Shown here: one piece after another, positions 8,915 through 17,928 of the stretch
Numbering within the stretch: position 1 is the first letter of the stretch
Layout of the letters: every line of letters begins with the position of its first letter
From: a virus
Lineage: Duplodnaviria; Caudoviricetes
DNA length: 62,717 bases
Reading direction: 5' to 3' (one strand)
IMG/VR virus record: IMGVR_UViG_3300037509_000107
Span: 1-62,717 of that record
Notes under the pieces: model-generated
Databases searched by the model: none
What the model was told of the DNA's origin: nothing
The model's input: the letters and a program-made list of their open reading frames with translations, nothing else
Translations under genes and position numbers: made by a program

Positions 8915-9411
8915 GCAGCCTGTACCTGATCAAGCGCGGCCCCGACTACGGGGCGCATTGGCACCCTTCGCTCACGCCCCACCGGGTGATCGTCTGCACC
9001 GCCCGGCACACCGCCCGGTGGGAGGCCGGCTGGACGGGTGACCGGGCGTGGGTGTGGGAGCGGTCGACCAGCGCCGACGGCGGCCAGGGGTGGCTGATCG
9101 TCCGGTGGGAGGGGCTGGAGATCGACTACGGGCACACCGTGCGCGGCGGCAAGCTGCCGGACGGGACGTCGCTCGGCTTCTCCCACCCCGGCAACAAAGA
9201 CCCGCAACACCGCCGGCCGTGGGAACTGCTCCGCGGGGCGGTCTGGTGGAGCGAGCACCCGCTGCCGACCTGGTTGCGCGTCAAGTGGGGCGTCGTCCAG
9301 GCGACGGACGAGTACACGCTCGAAGACATCCGGCGTGACGCGGGCGACTGCCTGCTGTCCGAGTCCAAGCGGCGCCGACTGGCGATGAGGCGGGAAGGGG
9401 GGCGCCGGTGA
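8911..9411 (+). CDS. Hypothetical protein (Trp-rich)
   Basis: GTGA overlaps at both ends. Confidence 0.65.
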   Translation: MSSLYLIKRGPDYGAHWHPSLTPHRVIVCTARHTARWEAGWTGDRAWVWERSTSADGGQGWLIVRWEGLEIDYGHTVRGGKLPDGTSLGFSHPGNKDPQHRRPWELLRGAVWWSEHPLPTWLRVKWGVVQATDEYTLEDIRRDAGDCLLSESKRRRLAMRREGGRR

Positions 9412-9758
9412 CCTCCTTCCTCGATGGACCCGCGGCCGGCGTCGTGCTCGACCTGAGGCGGGCGCCGCTCTTCCTCCGCGCCGTTTGCGGCCCCGGCGGC
9501 GAGCCGTGGGACGCGCTCGACCAGCTCGACGACAGACCAACGCCGGCTGAGGTGGTTCACGTCTACCGGCGGGAGGGGGAACCGAGCCACCTGCACTTGC
9601 TGATCCGTGGCGCGCGGAGCGGGCGGCGGTCCGGCTACTACACGGTCGCCCGGTACCGGTACGTGGAGCCGCAGCCGCCGGCCGACCAGGTGCGGGACAC
9701 GGCGATCTGGCGGGCGTGGTGCGAGCAGGCGGCGAGTGCCGCGGGGGTGGCACGTTGA
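9408..9758 (+). CDS. Hypothetical protein
   Basis: Coupled ORF; FLDGPAAG...WDALDQLDD.P pattern. Confidence 0.65.
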   Translation: MTSFLDGPAAGVVLDLRRAPLFLRAVCGPGGEPWDALDQLDDRPTPAEVVHVYRREGEPSHLHLLIRGARSGRRSGYYTVARYRYVEPQPPADQVRDTAIWRAWCEQAASAAGVAR

Positions 9759-10339
9759 GCACGTACCCCCCGAGTCTGCTCTTCCCCGACCCGTCGACCG
9801 ATGTCACGGCCAGCCCGCCGGCGACCCTTATGACACCGGTCGACTCGGGCTGGCGTCACGTCGTCAGCTTCTTCGTCCCCGGCACCCCGCGCCCCGGCGG
9901 CTCGAAGACCGCCACCGTGATCCGCCGCAAGGGCGGTCAGATCGTCATGACCGCGGCGGGCCGGCCGCTGATCACCATGCGCGACGACGGCGGCGAGAAG
10001 ACCGCCGACTGGAAACGCAACGTCGCCTACTTCGCCCGCGGTTCTTATTCGTCCGACCCGATCCCCCGCGGCGTCCCGATCCGGCTGGAGGTGACGTTCG
10101 TCATGCCGCGGTGCGCCTCGCACTTTGGCACGGGCAAGAACGCAGGGCGACTGAAGGCCAGCGCGCCGGCGGAGCACGTCACCAAGCCGGACCTGAGCAA
10201 GATCACCCGGTCAACCGAAGACGCGCTCACGGGGATTATCTGGGCCGACGACGCGGCCATTTCGCTTCAGGTGCTGAGCAAGGTGTACGGGGCCAAGGTC
10301 GGTGCCCACATTGCTGTGAGCGTGAAAGAAAACGCCTGA
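9755..10339 (+). CDS. rusA: RusA-family Holliday junction resolvase
   Basis: FFVPGTPRPGGSK...KPDLSKITRSTEDALTGIIWADDA. Confidence 0.9.
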   Translation: MSTYPPSLLFPDPSTDVTASPPATLMTPVDSGWRHVVSFFVPGTPRPGGSKTATVIRRKGGQIVMTAAGRPLITMRDDGGEKTADWKRNVAYFARGSYSSDPIPRGVPIRLEVTFVMPRCASHFGTGKNAGRLKASAPAEHVTKPDLSKITRSTEDALTGIIWADDAAISLQVLSKVYGAKVGAHIAVSVKENA

Positions 10340-10452
10340 TTTTCGAGGGTTTTTTATGCTTTTGGTGGACTCGAAAGGTATGATGGGCGGACCGGGAACG
10401 GTGCTGGAAACACCGCCCCGGCCCATCAGCAGACCTTTACAGGAGGTCCACC
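10328..10452 (+). promoter_or_regulatory. Conserved endonuclease leader, copy 1
   Basis: GCCTGATTTTCGAGGGTTTTT box, ATGCTT-17-TATGAT, hairpin, GACCT/AGGAGGTC RBS hairpin. Confidence 0.8.
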
Positions 10453-11313
10453 TTGCCCACGCGCACCTTATCCCGTCCGCGCCGGCCGGACAAGCAGAAA
10501 GCCACCGACGCGCAGGTCATCGCCGCATACCAGAAGGCGGGCTCCGTCAAGGCGGCCGGCCGGTTGCTCGGCATCGGCGGCGGGTCGGTTCACGAGCGAT
10601 TGAAGAAGCTGGGCGTCGCGTGCCCGAAGAAGGCTCGGCCCTGGACCGCGGCGGAGGAAGCCACGATCCGCAAGTGCTACGCGCAGTACCGCGGCCGCGG
10701 GACGGTCAAGACGCTGGCCGCCCGGCTGGGCCGGGACTACAGCACACTCGCCACCAAGGCAAAGGAGATGGGGCTGTCCGCTCACCCCAAGGTGAAGCCC
10801 TTCCTGCGGTCGATCCCGAACGAGACTGCGGCCCGTCGATGGTTCGACCGGTTCAAGCGGTCGTCGCTCGTGCTGGCGCAGTTCTGTGCCAAGTTCAAGA
10901 TCAGCGACGACGCAATGCGGACGCACGTCGCTTCGCGGTGGCCCGACGAGTGGGATGCGGTGATCGAATCGAAGGCACCGCGGCAGACCAGGTACCGGCT
11001 CGGCCGGCACTTCGAGTATCGCACGAGGGACCTGCTGCGCGACGCCGGCTACTTCGTCATGCGGTCGCCGCGGTCGCTGTCGATTGTGGACCTCGTGGCC
11101 ATCAAGACCGGCCGAGTCGTGTTCATCCAGTGCAAGCGGTCCGGCGGCATCTCGTCAACGGACTGGAACAAGCTGTTCGATTTGGCCGCCTCTGTCGGAG
11201 CGGTGCCGGTCCTTGCCGAGTGCTCCACGGGCCGCGGTACCTGTCTCTGGCGAATGACCGGTCGAAAGGACGGCGTGAAGCGGGCGCAGCCCCGCGAATC
11301 GTTCTTGCCGTAA
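10453..11313 (+). CDS. HTH-containing PD-(D/E)XK endonuclease with Hjc-like C-terminal domain
   Basis: GRHFEYRTRDLL..AGYFVMRS..S.SIVDLVAIK...FIQCKR; N-terminal HTH/Myb-like repeats. Confidence 0.75.
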   Translation: MPTRTLSRPRRPDKQKATDAQVIAAYQKAGSVKAAGRLLGIGGGSVHERLKKLGVACPKKARPWTAAEEATIRKCYAQYRGRGTVKTLAARLGRDYSTLATKAKEMGLSAHPKVKPFLRSIPNETAARRWFDRFKRSSLVLAQFCAKFKISDDAMRTHVASRWPDEWDAVIESKAPRQTRYRLGRHFEYRTRDLLRDAGYFVMRSPRSLSIVDLVAIKTGRVVFIQCKRSGGISSTDWNKLFDLAASVGAVPVLAECSTGRGTCLWRMTGRKDGVKRAQPRESFLP

Positions 11314-11344
11314 CCAATCAGCCATTGCCGGCCGGAGGTGACGC

Positions 11345-11980
11345 ATGACCTCCGTCGGCTCTTCTTCCCTGTTTCTCGGCCGCACGGCCGACGGCTCGGC
11401 GTTCTGGTGCGAGGCTCGCGACGGCGACGCCGAGGGTTTCGCGCTCGCGCGACGTCACTACTCGGCGGACAAGAACCGGTCGCCGAAGCAGCGTCGGTTC
11501 GTTGGTGCGGGCGAGAGGATGGTCCTCATTACCCCGACCGGCGACGGCCTGCTGGTCTGGCGAAAGTTCATCGACGACAGCGGGCAGACCGGCGTCAACT
11601 GCGCGATCTACAGGTACGAACGTCGCGCGGCAGACGCACCTCTGGCGAGCCTGCTCCTGCTCGACGGTATGGCGCTGGCTTGGCGGAAGTGGCCGGGCGA
11701 GCGTTTCTACACCTACATCAATCCTCGCAAGGTCAAGTCGGCCAATCCCGGCTACTGCTTCAAAGCGGCCGGCTGGTCCCTCGTGCGCGGGGTTGATGGG
11801 AAGCCAGTGCTGACAAAGCGGCGGAGGCTGCTGGTGCTGGAAGCGATGCCCGACGCACTAACCGGCATCCTCTGGGCGGATGACGCGGCGATCAGCCGGC
11901 AGGTCGTCGAGAAGCGGTACGGGGATAAGACCGGCGCACACATCACCCTCAGCGTGAAGGAGGACCATGCCACGACTTGA
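11345..11980 (+). CDS. Mom-like DNA-modification acetyltransferase-fold protein, C-terminally fused to a RusA tail
   Basis: RRHYS..., TYINPRKVKSANPGYCFKAAGW; last 42 aa resemble the RusA C-terminus. Confidence 0.6.
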   Translation: MTSVGSSSLFLGRTADGSAFWCEARDGDAEGFALARRHYSADKNRSPKQRRFVGAGERMVLITPTGDGLLVWRKFIDDSGQTGVNCAIYRYERRAADAPLASLLLLDGMALAWRKWPGERFYTYINPRKVKSANPGYCFKAAGWSLVRGVDGKPVLTKRRRLLVLEAMPDALTGILWADDAAISRQVVEKRYGDKTGAHITLSVKEDHATT

Positions 11981-12038
11981 AGTGCTCATCGGAATGATCG
12001 CCTCGGGCACGCGTGAGGAAGCCTTACGAGGTGCGTGA
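11967..12038 (+). pseudogene. Relic 5' end of the P-loop kinase gene
   Basis: MPRLEVLIGMIASG vs MPRLEVLVGMVGSG at 13121; AGGAGG RBS; truncated at the Walker A lysine. Confidence 0.75.
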
Positions 12039-12235
12039 TGCAGAGCCTGTGGCGACAAGCGCTCGGCTACTCCCGCCTGCGGTGGTGGGTGATGTGCCAC
12101 CTGCCGGGCTGGCCGTGGAAGCGTTGCGTCGAGTGTGGCCGGCTGTTCCTGCGGCAAACCTGGTGGTGGCCCAACCCGTTCGAAGAGCACTGCTCGCGTG
12201 AGTGTGCCGACGCCGAACTGGATCGCCTTGGATAG
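12035..12235 (+). CDS. Small Cys/Trp-rich (Zn-finger-like) protein
   Basis: CVECG...HCSREC. Confidence 0.55.
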   Translation: MMQSLWRQALGYSRLRWWVMCHLPGWPWKRCVECGRLFLRQTWWWPNPFEEHCSRECADAELDRLG

Positions 12236-12241
12236 CCCCCG

Positions 12242-12565
12242 ATGTCCGACGACGAACCGACCCAGGCTGAGCTCGATGACGCGACCGTGGAGGACACGGT
12301 CCACTGTGACCTCTGCGGTGCGCCGTGGGTGCTCGGCGGCCACGGCGACGGCATCATCGTACAGCCCACGCAGGCCACATGGTGGGCACTTGGGGGGCAG
12401 TTGAAGCTCTGCACAGACTGCGCCGTCTACGTTTCGCGCGTGCTGAGGGATGAGCTTGCCGAGCGCGACGTCTGCGAACACGGCGTCCTCTGCGGCGACT
12501 GGTGCGAGCCCTGCAATGCGGCCCACAAGCAGGCTCTGATCGACAACGGTGTCGGAGGCGACTGA
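12242..12565 (+). CDS. Small Cys-rich protein
   Basis: CDLCG, CTDC, CEHG..CGDWCEPC. Confidence 0.55.
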   Translation: MSDDEPTQAELDDATVEDTVHCDLCGAPWVLGGHGDGIIVQPTQATWWALGGQLKLCTDCAVYVSRVLRDELAERDVCEHGVLCGDWCEPCNAAHKQALIDNGVGGD

Positions 12566-12581
12566 CGCGGCTGGTTTGTGG

Positions 12582-12710
12582 GAAATCGCCTGTTTTTCCG
12601 AGGGTTTTTGAATGCTGCTGGTGACCTCACAAGGTATGATGGGCGGGCCGGGAACGGTGGTGGAACACCGCTCCGCGGCCCAACTCAGCGACCTGGTTAG
12701 GAGGTCACCG
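12582..12710 (+). promoter_or_regulatory. Conserved endonuclease leader, copy 2
   Basis: GCCTGTTTTTCCGAGGGTTTTT, ATGCTG-17-TATGAT, hairpin, GACCT/AGGAGGTC. Confidence 0.8.
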
Positions 12711-13133
12711 ATGCCCGAGCACACCGTAGACGGTGCGCCCTGCGCCGTCAATTCCACGTTCACCCGATCCTGCTCGAAGTGCGGGGCTCTCATCCGGCAT
12801 ACCCGGCTGAACAACCGCAACAAGGCCGCCGCGCTGCGGATCTCGTACGTCGGCCACGACGGGGCGGCGCGCACCTACACGGCCGACTTCCTGGTCGATG
12901 GTTCGACGCTGGTTGAGATCAAACCGAAGAAGCTTCACGCGACGCCGACCGTCCTCTTGAAACGGGCGGCCGCTGAGGCGTTCTGCGCCGCGGCGGGGCT
13001 GACCTACGAACTTGTTGACCAGCCCCCGCTGACGGATGCCGAAGTCGCCTCCCTGCGCGACAGCGGCGCGATCAAGTTCACCGACCGCTACGAGCAGAAA
13101 TACCTTGAAAGGAGCACTCAATGCCACGGTTAG
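12711..13133 (+). CDS. TnsA-N-like PD-(D/E)XK endonuclease (possibly internally deleted)
   Basis: ISYV...RTYTADFLVDG..LVEIKP...K..AAEAFC...GLTYEL. Confidence 0.7.
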   Translation: MPEHTVDGAPCAVNSTFTRSCSKCGALIRHTRLNNRNKAAALRISYVGHDGAARTYTADFLVDGSTLVEIKPKKLHATPTVLLKRAAAEAFCAAAGLTYELVDQPPLTDAEVASLRDSGAIKFTDRYEQKYLERSTQCHG

Positions 13134-13675
13134 AGGTTTTGGTGGGGATGGTAGGAAGCGGGAAGTCCACCTACGCCCGCCGCCGCGCGGACGAGGGCGC
13201 GATCGTGATCAGCCACGACGACCTCACGCAGATGCTCCACGCCCGCTACCGGTACGAGCAGGTGCTCCGCGACCAGTACCGGGCGGCCGAGGAAAAGCTG
13301 GCCCACGTGTTCCTGTCGGCCGGCCGCGACGTGGTGATCGACCGCACGCACCTGACGCGGGAGAGCCGCAAGCGGTGGGTCGACTTCACGAAGTGGCCCA
13401 ACTTCGCACACGACCGAGTGCCGGTGATCGCCGCCGTCACCTTCCCGATCGAGGCCCCCGAGGTGCACGCCCGGCGCCGGGTCGAGTGCGACGCGCGCGG
13501 CCGCTCCTACGACGACTGGCTCCGGGTCGCGCACCACCACTACCAGCAGTCGGTCGACGAGCCGCTCCACGCGAAGGACGAGGGGTTCGACTGGATCGAA
13601 GGCAATCGGTGGCGGATGCCCGTCGACCGCGGCTGTGAAGCCCCGGCGGCAGTGGCGCTCGGGTGCGACCGGTGA
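13121..13675 (+). CDS. P-loop kinase (AAA_33 / polynucleotide kinase-like)
   Basis: VLVGMVGSGKSTYA, ISHDDL, DVVIDRTH. Confidence 0.85.
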   Translation: MPRLEVLVGMVGSGKSTYARRRADEGAIVISHDDLTQMLHARYRYEQVLRDQYRAAEEKLAHVFLSAGRDVVIDRTHLTRESRKRWVDFTKWPNFAHDRVPVIAAVTFPIEAPEVHARRRVECDARGRSYDDWLRVAHHHYQQSVDEPLHAKDEGFDWIEGNRWRMPVDRGCEAPAAVALGCDR

Positions 13676-13842
13676 CCCGCCCCGCCCGCGATCCACGCGA
13701 CCGGCTGACGATCACCCTCGTCCCGGTCGGCAAGGGCCCGCCGGCGGCCGTGCGGTTCCGGCGGGTGCTGAAACTGTTGCTGAGGGGGTTCGGGCTCCGT
13801 GCCAGTTGGCCGGAGCAAAAGACCACGCGAAAGGAGAAGTGA
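13672..13842 (+). CDS. Small basic protein (PPAAVRFRRVLKLLLRGFGLR)
   Basis: Not in ORF track; GTGA and TGATG coupling on both sides; paralog at 41280. Confidence 0.7.
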   Translation: MTRPARDPRDRLTITLVPVGKGPPAAVRFRRVLKLLLRGFGLRASWPEQKTTRKEK

Positions 13843-14369
13843 TGGCAGTCGTTTACGAACAAGCCGAGCCCGAGGTCCACCAGATGGCCCGGGAGATCCT
13901 CGAACAGTACCACCCGGAACTGCGGTTGCCCGACGGCACCCACCCCACGATCGCGATCCTGATGGCCAGCGTCGGCGCCGACAGCGACGACTACCCGCTG
14001 AAGGACGGCCCGTACCGCGTCCTGGGCAAGATCAAAGCCGTGCCCTACGTCCAGCGCGTCGACGGCCGCCGGGACGCCGAGCTGCTGCTCGACGCCGGGC
14101 ACTGGAACGGGCTGACCGACCGTCGGCAACGCGCGCTCCTCGACCACTTCATCACCTGCCTGGAGTTCAACACGGGCGCCGACTCGTGCGTGAAGACCGA
14201 CGAGTTCGGCCGGCCCAAGCTCCGGGAGCGGGCGTGCGACTGGTACCTGAAGGGCTTCGGGTCGATCGCCGCGCGGTACGGCGAGGACGCGCCCGAGGTG
14301 GTCGCCGCCCAAGCCTTCCAGAAGCAGTACGGGAAGGTCGCGATGCCGGGGGACAAGCTGTTCGCGTAG
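13842..14369 (+). CDS. Phage metallopeptidase-like protein with degenerate HExxH
   Basis: W..LTDRRQRALLDHFITCL...RPKLR...F..IAARYG; AGGAG RBS. Confidence 0.6.
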   Translation: MAVVYEQAEPEVHQMAREILEQYHPELRLPDGTHPTIAILMASVGADSDDYPLKDGPYRVLGKIKAVPYVQRVDGRRDAELLLDAGHWNGLTDRRQRALLDHFITCLEFNTGADSCVKTDEFGRPKLRERACDWYLKGFGSIAARYGEDAPEVVAAQAFQKQYGKVAMPGDKLFA

Positions 14370-14415
14370 GCGGTCGGAGAAAGGCAACGGGGGCCGGGTC
14401 GTTCTGGAGGCTGCA

Positions 14416-15057
14416 ATGGATATCGAGGATCTGAAGGCGAGGGTTCGCCCGACGGTAGACCAGCACCTGGAACAGGAACGGGCTCGCTTGGACTACACAG
14501 TTAAGCGGGCGTGGGATCTCGGGAAAAGGGTTTGCGAGAGTGAGATCGAGGTGACCCTTCTCGCGGCCTGGATGGTGTGCAGCGAGACGAGTGACCACGT
14601 CCGCAAACGCCGGTCACAAATCAACGTGCGTGTACACGGGTACTGCGACCGTGACGACTACCTGCGTCCGCGACCCATCGGCCGCAAGGATGTCATCTGT
14701 GGCATCTTCACACGCGAGGTCCTGATTCCCCAATTCAAGGTCGGAGTCTATCGGGCAGACTTCGCCATTCAGCGATCCTCCCGCTACGGGGCCAAGCTGA
14801 GCCCTCGCGTACTCGTGGAGTGCGACGGCCACGACTTCCACGAGCGAACCAAGGAGCAGGCGCAGCGGGACAAGGCGCGCGATCGGGAGCTCCAAGCCGT
14901 CGGCTATTACGTCCTGCGCTTCACCGGCTCGGAGATCTGGAACGACGCCGCCGGGTGCGTCGAGCAGATCGACGCGTTCCTCGACTCCCACCTGATGGCC
15001 CCGGACCTGGCGGTGATCGACGCCGCTATCGAGGCGGAAGCGGCGGCGGCTCACTGA
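14416..15057 (+). CDS. DUF559/Vsr-like PD-(D/E)XK endonuclease
   Basis: CESEIE, PQFKVGVYRADF, VECDGHDFHE...RDKARDREL...GYYVLRFTGSEI. Confidence 0.85.
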   Translation: MDIEDLKARVRPTVDQHLEQERARLDYTVKRAWDLGKRVCESEIEVTLLAAWMVCSETSDHVRKRRSQINVRVHGYCDRDDYLRPRPIGRKDVICGIFTREVLIPQFKVGVYRADFAIQRSSRYGAKLSPRVLVECDGHDFHERTKEQAQRDKARDRELQAVGYYVLRFTGSEIWNDAAGCVEQIDAFLDSHLMAPDLAVIDAAIEAEAAAAH

Positions 15058-15065
15058 GGACGGTC

Positions 15066-15824
15066 ATGGGCAAGCTCCCCTCCATCCAGTTCTACCCCGG
15101 CGACTGGCTCCGGGACCCGGTCTCCACCTGCTCGCTCGCGGCGCAGGGGCTATGGCTGCGGATGCTCCTGGTGGCACACGACTCGGCACCCTACGGCTAC
15201 CTCGTTCACAAGGGCGCGCCTATTCCCCCGGAGCAGATCGCACGACGCTGCGGCTGCACGCTGGCGGAATACACGACTCTTCTGGCGGAGCTAGACGGCG
15301 TAGGCGTCCCGGAGCGCACACCCACAGGAGTCATCTTCTCACGGCGCATGGTCCGCGACGCCAAAAAGCGGGCGGAGGCAAGGAGATACGGCAAGCTCGG
15401 AGGCAACCCGCATCTTAAGGACGAGTCCCACGGGGGGGATAAGGGGGGGGTTAACCCCCCCCTGAAGAGGAAGAAGAAGATGAAGGGGAAGTCTTCGGGA
15501 GAAGGGGGAGCGGGGGAAGAGGTCGCGTTCTTTGCCCTAATCCCGGACTCGCTCCGCACCCCCAAGTTCCTCGACGCGTGGGCGGCGTGGATTGAGCACC
15601 GCCGCCAGCGGCGACCGGCGTACACGGAGGTCTCCGCGCGCCGGGCGTTGCCCAAACTGGCCGAGGAAGGGCCGGCTGCCGCCATCGCGCGGATCGACCG
15701 GTCAATCGTCAACGGCTACCAGGGCCTGTTTTTCCACGGCGAAAACGGCGCGGCCAACGGGCACCGGCCCACCGCGCGCGAGCAACGCGACGCGCTGATC
15801 GAGCAGGCGCTGGACGAGGAATGA
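15066..15824 (+). CDS. Phage replication initiator-like protein
   Basis: PSIQFYPGDWL..., W..WIEHR, SIVNGYQGLF; central low-complexity ori-like tract. Confidence 0.75.
   Translation: MGKLPSIQFYPGDWLRDPVSTCSLAAQGLWLRMLLVAHDSAPYGYLVHKGAPIPPEQIARRCGCTLAEYTTLLAELDGVGVPERTPTGVIFSRRMVRDAKKRAEARRYGKLGGNPHLKDESHGGDKGGVNPPLKRKKKMKGKSSGEGGAGEEVAFFALIPDSLRTPKFLDAWAAWIEHRRQRRPAYTEVSARRALPKLAEEGPAAAIARIDRSIVNGYQGLFFHGENGAANGHRPTAREQRDALIEQALDEE
15443..15462. repeat. G8-TTAA-C8 perfect palindrome, candidate origin element
   Basis: GGGGGGGGTTAACCCCCCCC preceded by GGGGGGGATAA and followed by a GAAGA purine run. Confidence 0.55.
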
Positions 15825-15827
15825 CCC

Positions 15828-16364
15828 ATGAGCCCGGAAGAAGCAAAGGGCCTCGCGAAGTGGATCGCCAAGCTGTTCACCGGCCAGGTGACGGCCGAGC
15901 AGGCCAAGCTCCTGCGCGACGAGCTGCTGCCGTTCGGGTTGGCGGCGGCGAAGGAGGCGATCAAGAACCACCGCACCTCGCACGAGTTCCTCAGCATCCC
16001 GCAACTGCTCGAAGGGTGCCGGGCGGCCGAGCGGGGCGCGACGTCGCAGCCGACCAGCACGACCCAGCGCGAGGGCTCCCGCGCCGACGTCTACCGCCGG
16101 CAGAACCCTCGGCTCGCCGCGTGCGCGACGGACCTGGAGGTCGTGCTCCGGGTGGCGCGGATCCAGTGGCACGCGTCCCGGCAGCGGCCGAGCTACCGGT
16201 CGAAGATCGAGACCGAGCTGCGGAACGACGAGGCGATGCGGGCGCTGCCCGACGAGGTGCCGGACGCGTGGACCGCCTACGTGTTCGAGGCCAGTGCCGG
16301 CGACTTCGACCTGGCGCTGGAGGACCTGCGGAGCGTCGGGGCGGTTGTAGGGGCGACCGCCTGA
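15828..16364 (+). CDS. Hypothetical protein (possible helicase loader/inhibitor by position)
   Basis: Directly follows initiator; GAGG RBS. Confidence 0.55.
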   Translation: MSPEEAKGLAKWIAKLFTGQVTAEQAKLLRDELLPFGLAAAKEAIKNHRTSHEFLSIPQLLEGCRAAERGATSQPTSTTQREGSRADVYRRQNPRLAACATDLEVVLRVARIQWHASRQRPSYRSKIETELRNDEAMRALPDEVPDAWTAYVFEASAGDFDLALEDLRSVGAVVGATA

Positions 16365-16382
16365 CCCGAAAGCGAGGACGCC

Positions 16383-16703
16383 ATGGGAGCCCGGAAACGA
16401 CCCAGGCACGTAATGACGCGGACCGGCGAGCGGCCGCCGCCCGGCCTGTCGGGCGACGTGATCGCGCTCCTGATCTTCCGCCGGGCCGAGGCGCTGTACG
16501 TGGCCAAGCTGGAGCCGACGCGCGAGGCGGCGGCCCGGCGCGCCGTCGGCGACGTCGAGCAGACGCTGCACGCAGTCACGTCGTCGCCGGCGGCCGTGCA
16601 GTTGGCCGAGTGGCTTGCGGAGACAACCAACAAGCGGTGGGCGCGCGACGTGGCGAAGTGGCGGGTGGGCGAGTTCCTCCTGGAACTGGAGCGGGTGGCA
16701 TGA
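16383..16703 (+). CDS. Hypothetical protein
   Basis: GAGG RBS, ATGA coupling. Confidence 0.6.
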   Translation: MGARKRPRHVMTRTGERPPPGLSGDVIALLIFRRAEALYVAKLEPTREAAARRAVGDVEQTLHAVTSSPAAVQLAEWLAETTNKRWARDVAKWRVGEFLLELERVA

Positions 16704-17050
16704 CGCGGCTGATCAACAACGCGGGGCTGAGCGGCGGCGAGTACGCGGCGTTCGGCCGCCTCGCCGGCGTGCTCCGCCAGGTCGGGCCGAGGCACGTCGC
16801 GCGGGTGACGTGCGAAGCGCCGGGCATGTACCGGGCGACAGTCTACCGACGGCCGCGGAAGTCGCTCCGGCTGGACCTCCCGCCGTCATACACGCTCGAC
16901 CCGGGGCTCACGGTGATCGGCGACTGGCCGACGGAAGAGGCCGCGGTCGAGGCGGCGAGCGACATGGTCGCGGGCCTGGGCAAGCCGAGGGTGTGTAACG
17001 GCGAGGATCTGGACGAGGTGCGACGGCTTCTCTCGGCCAACCAACTATGA
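16700..17050 (+). CDS. Hypothetical protein
   Basis: ATGA overlaps at both ends. Confidence 0.6.
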   Translation: MTRLINNAGLSGGEYAAFGRLAGVLRQVGPRHVARVTCEAPGMYRATVYRRPRKSLRLDLPPSYTLDPGLTVIGDWPTEEAAVEAASDMVAGLGKPRVCNGEDLDEVRRLLSANQL

Positions 17051-17811
17051 CCCCCTACTACGCCGACAACCTCGTGACGCTGTACCACGGGCATTGCCTT
17101 GATGTGCTGCCGCGCGTGCCCGACGCCGTGGCCGACCTGATCGTAACCGACCCACCCTTCTCTGTGTCGGTGGCCGGCGTCGGCCGGTGGGAGACGCGGT
17201 ACGGGCGGACGGATGATCTGGACTTCTTCGACGGCGACACCGACTGGAAGGCGATGACGGCGACCGTCGTCAACGCGGTCGCCATCGCCGTCCCGAAGCT
17301 AAAGCCGCACGGGTCACTCTACGTCTACTGCGGCCACCGCCAGTTCGGGCCGCTGGTCGCTCGCCTTGAGGACGACGGGTGGAGCACGCGGTTCCTCGTC
17401 TGGGCAAAGGAACACCCGGTGCCGCCCGCGCCGGGGTCCGGCTGGCCATCTGCCGCCGAGCTTTGTGTCTACGCCTACCGCGAGGGCCGGCGATGGACGC
17501 CGAAATCCTTCCGCGAGACGCCCCGATCGAACGTGCTGACGGCAGACAGCTACCGCCACGGCATGCCGGGGAAGACAGGCCACCCGACGCAGAAGCCGCT
17601 TCCGACGATCGAGCCACTGATCCTCGTCAGCAGCGAGCCGGGAGACTTAGTGCTGGACATGTTCGCGGGGAGCGGGACGACGCTGGTGTGCGCCAAGGCG
17701 GCGGGCCGTCGGGCCATCGGGATCGAGGTCAATGAAGAGTATTGCGAGATGGCCGCGAACCGGCTGCGACAGGGCGTGCTGTTCGGCGCGGAAAGTGTGG
17801 AAACTGCCTGA
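17047..17811 (+). CDS. N6-adenine/N4-cytosine DNA methyltransferase (beta class)
   Basis: TDPPF, HPTQKP, VLDMFAGSGTT. Confidence 0.92.
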   Translation: MTPYYADNLVTLYHGHCLDVLPRVPDAVADLIVTDPPFSVSVAGVGRWETRYGRTDDLDFFDGDTDWKAMTATVVNAVAIAVPKLKPHGSLYVYCGHRQFGPLVARLEDDGWSTRFLVWAKEHPVPPAPGSGWPSAAELCVYAYREGRRWTPKSFRETPRSNVLTADSYRHGMPGKTGHPTQKPLPTIEPLILVSSEPGDLVLDMFAGSGTTLVCAKAAGRRAIGIEVNEEYCEMAANRLRQGVLFGAESVETA

Positions 17812-17928
17812 TTTTCCGAGGGTTTTTCGATGCTAAATGGGGACGGATATGGTATGGTGGGCGACGCTGGAACGGGGTTCGTGGCCCCGCCCCAGCGCCA
17901 TCCGAACGACCTGTTAAGGAGGTCATCC
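17800..17928 (+). promoter_or_regulatory. Conserved endonuclease leader, copy 3
   Basis: GCCTGATTTTCCGAGGGTTTTT, ATGCTA-17-TATGGT, hairpin, GACCT/AGGAGGTC. Confidence 0.8.
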
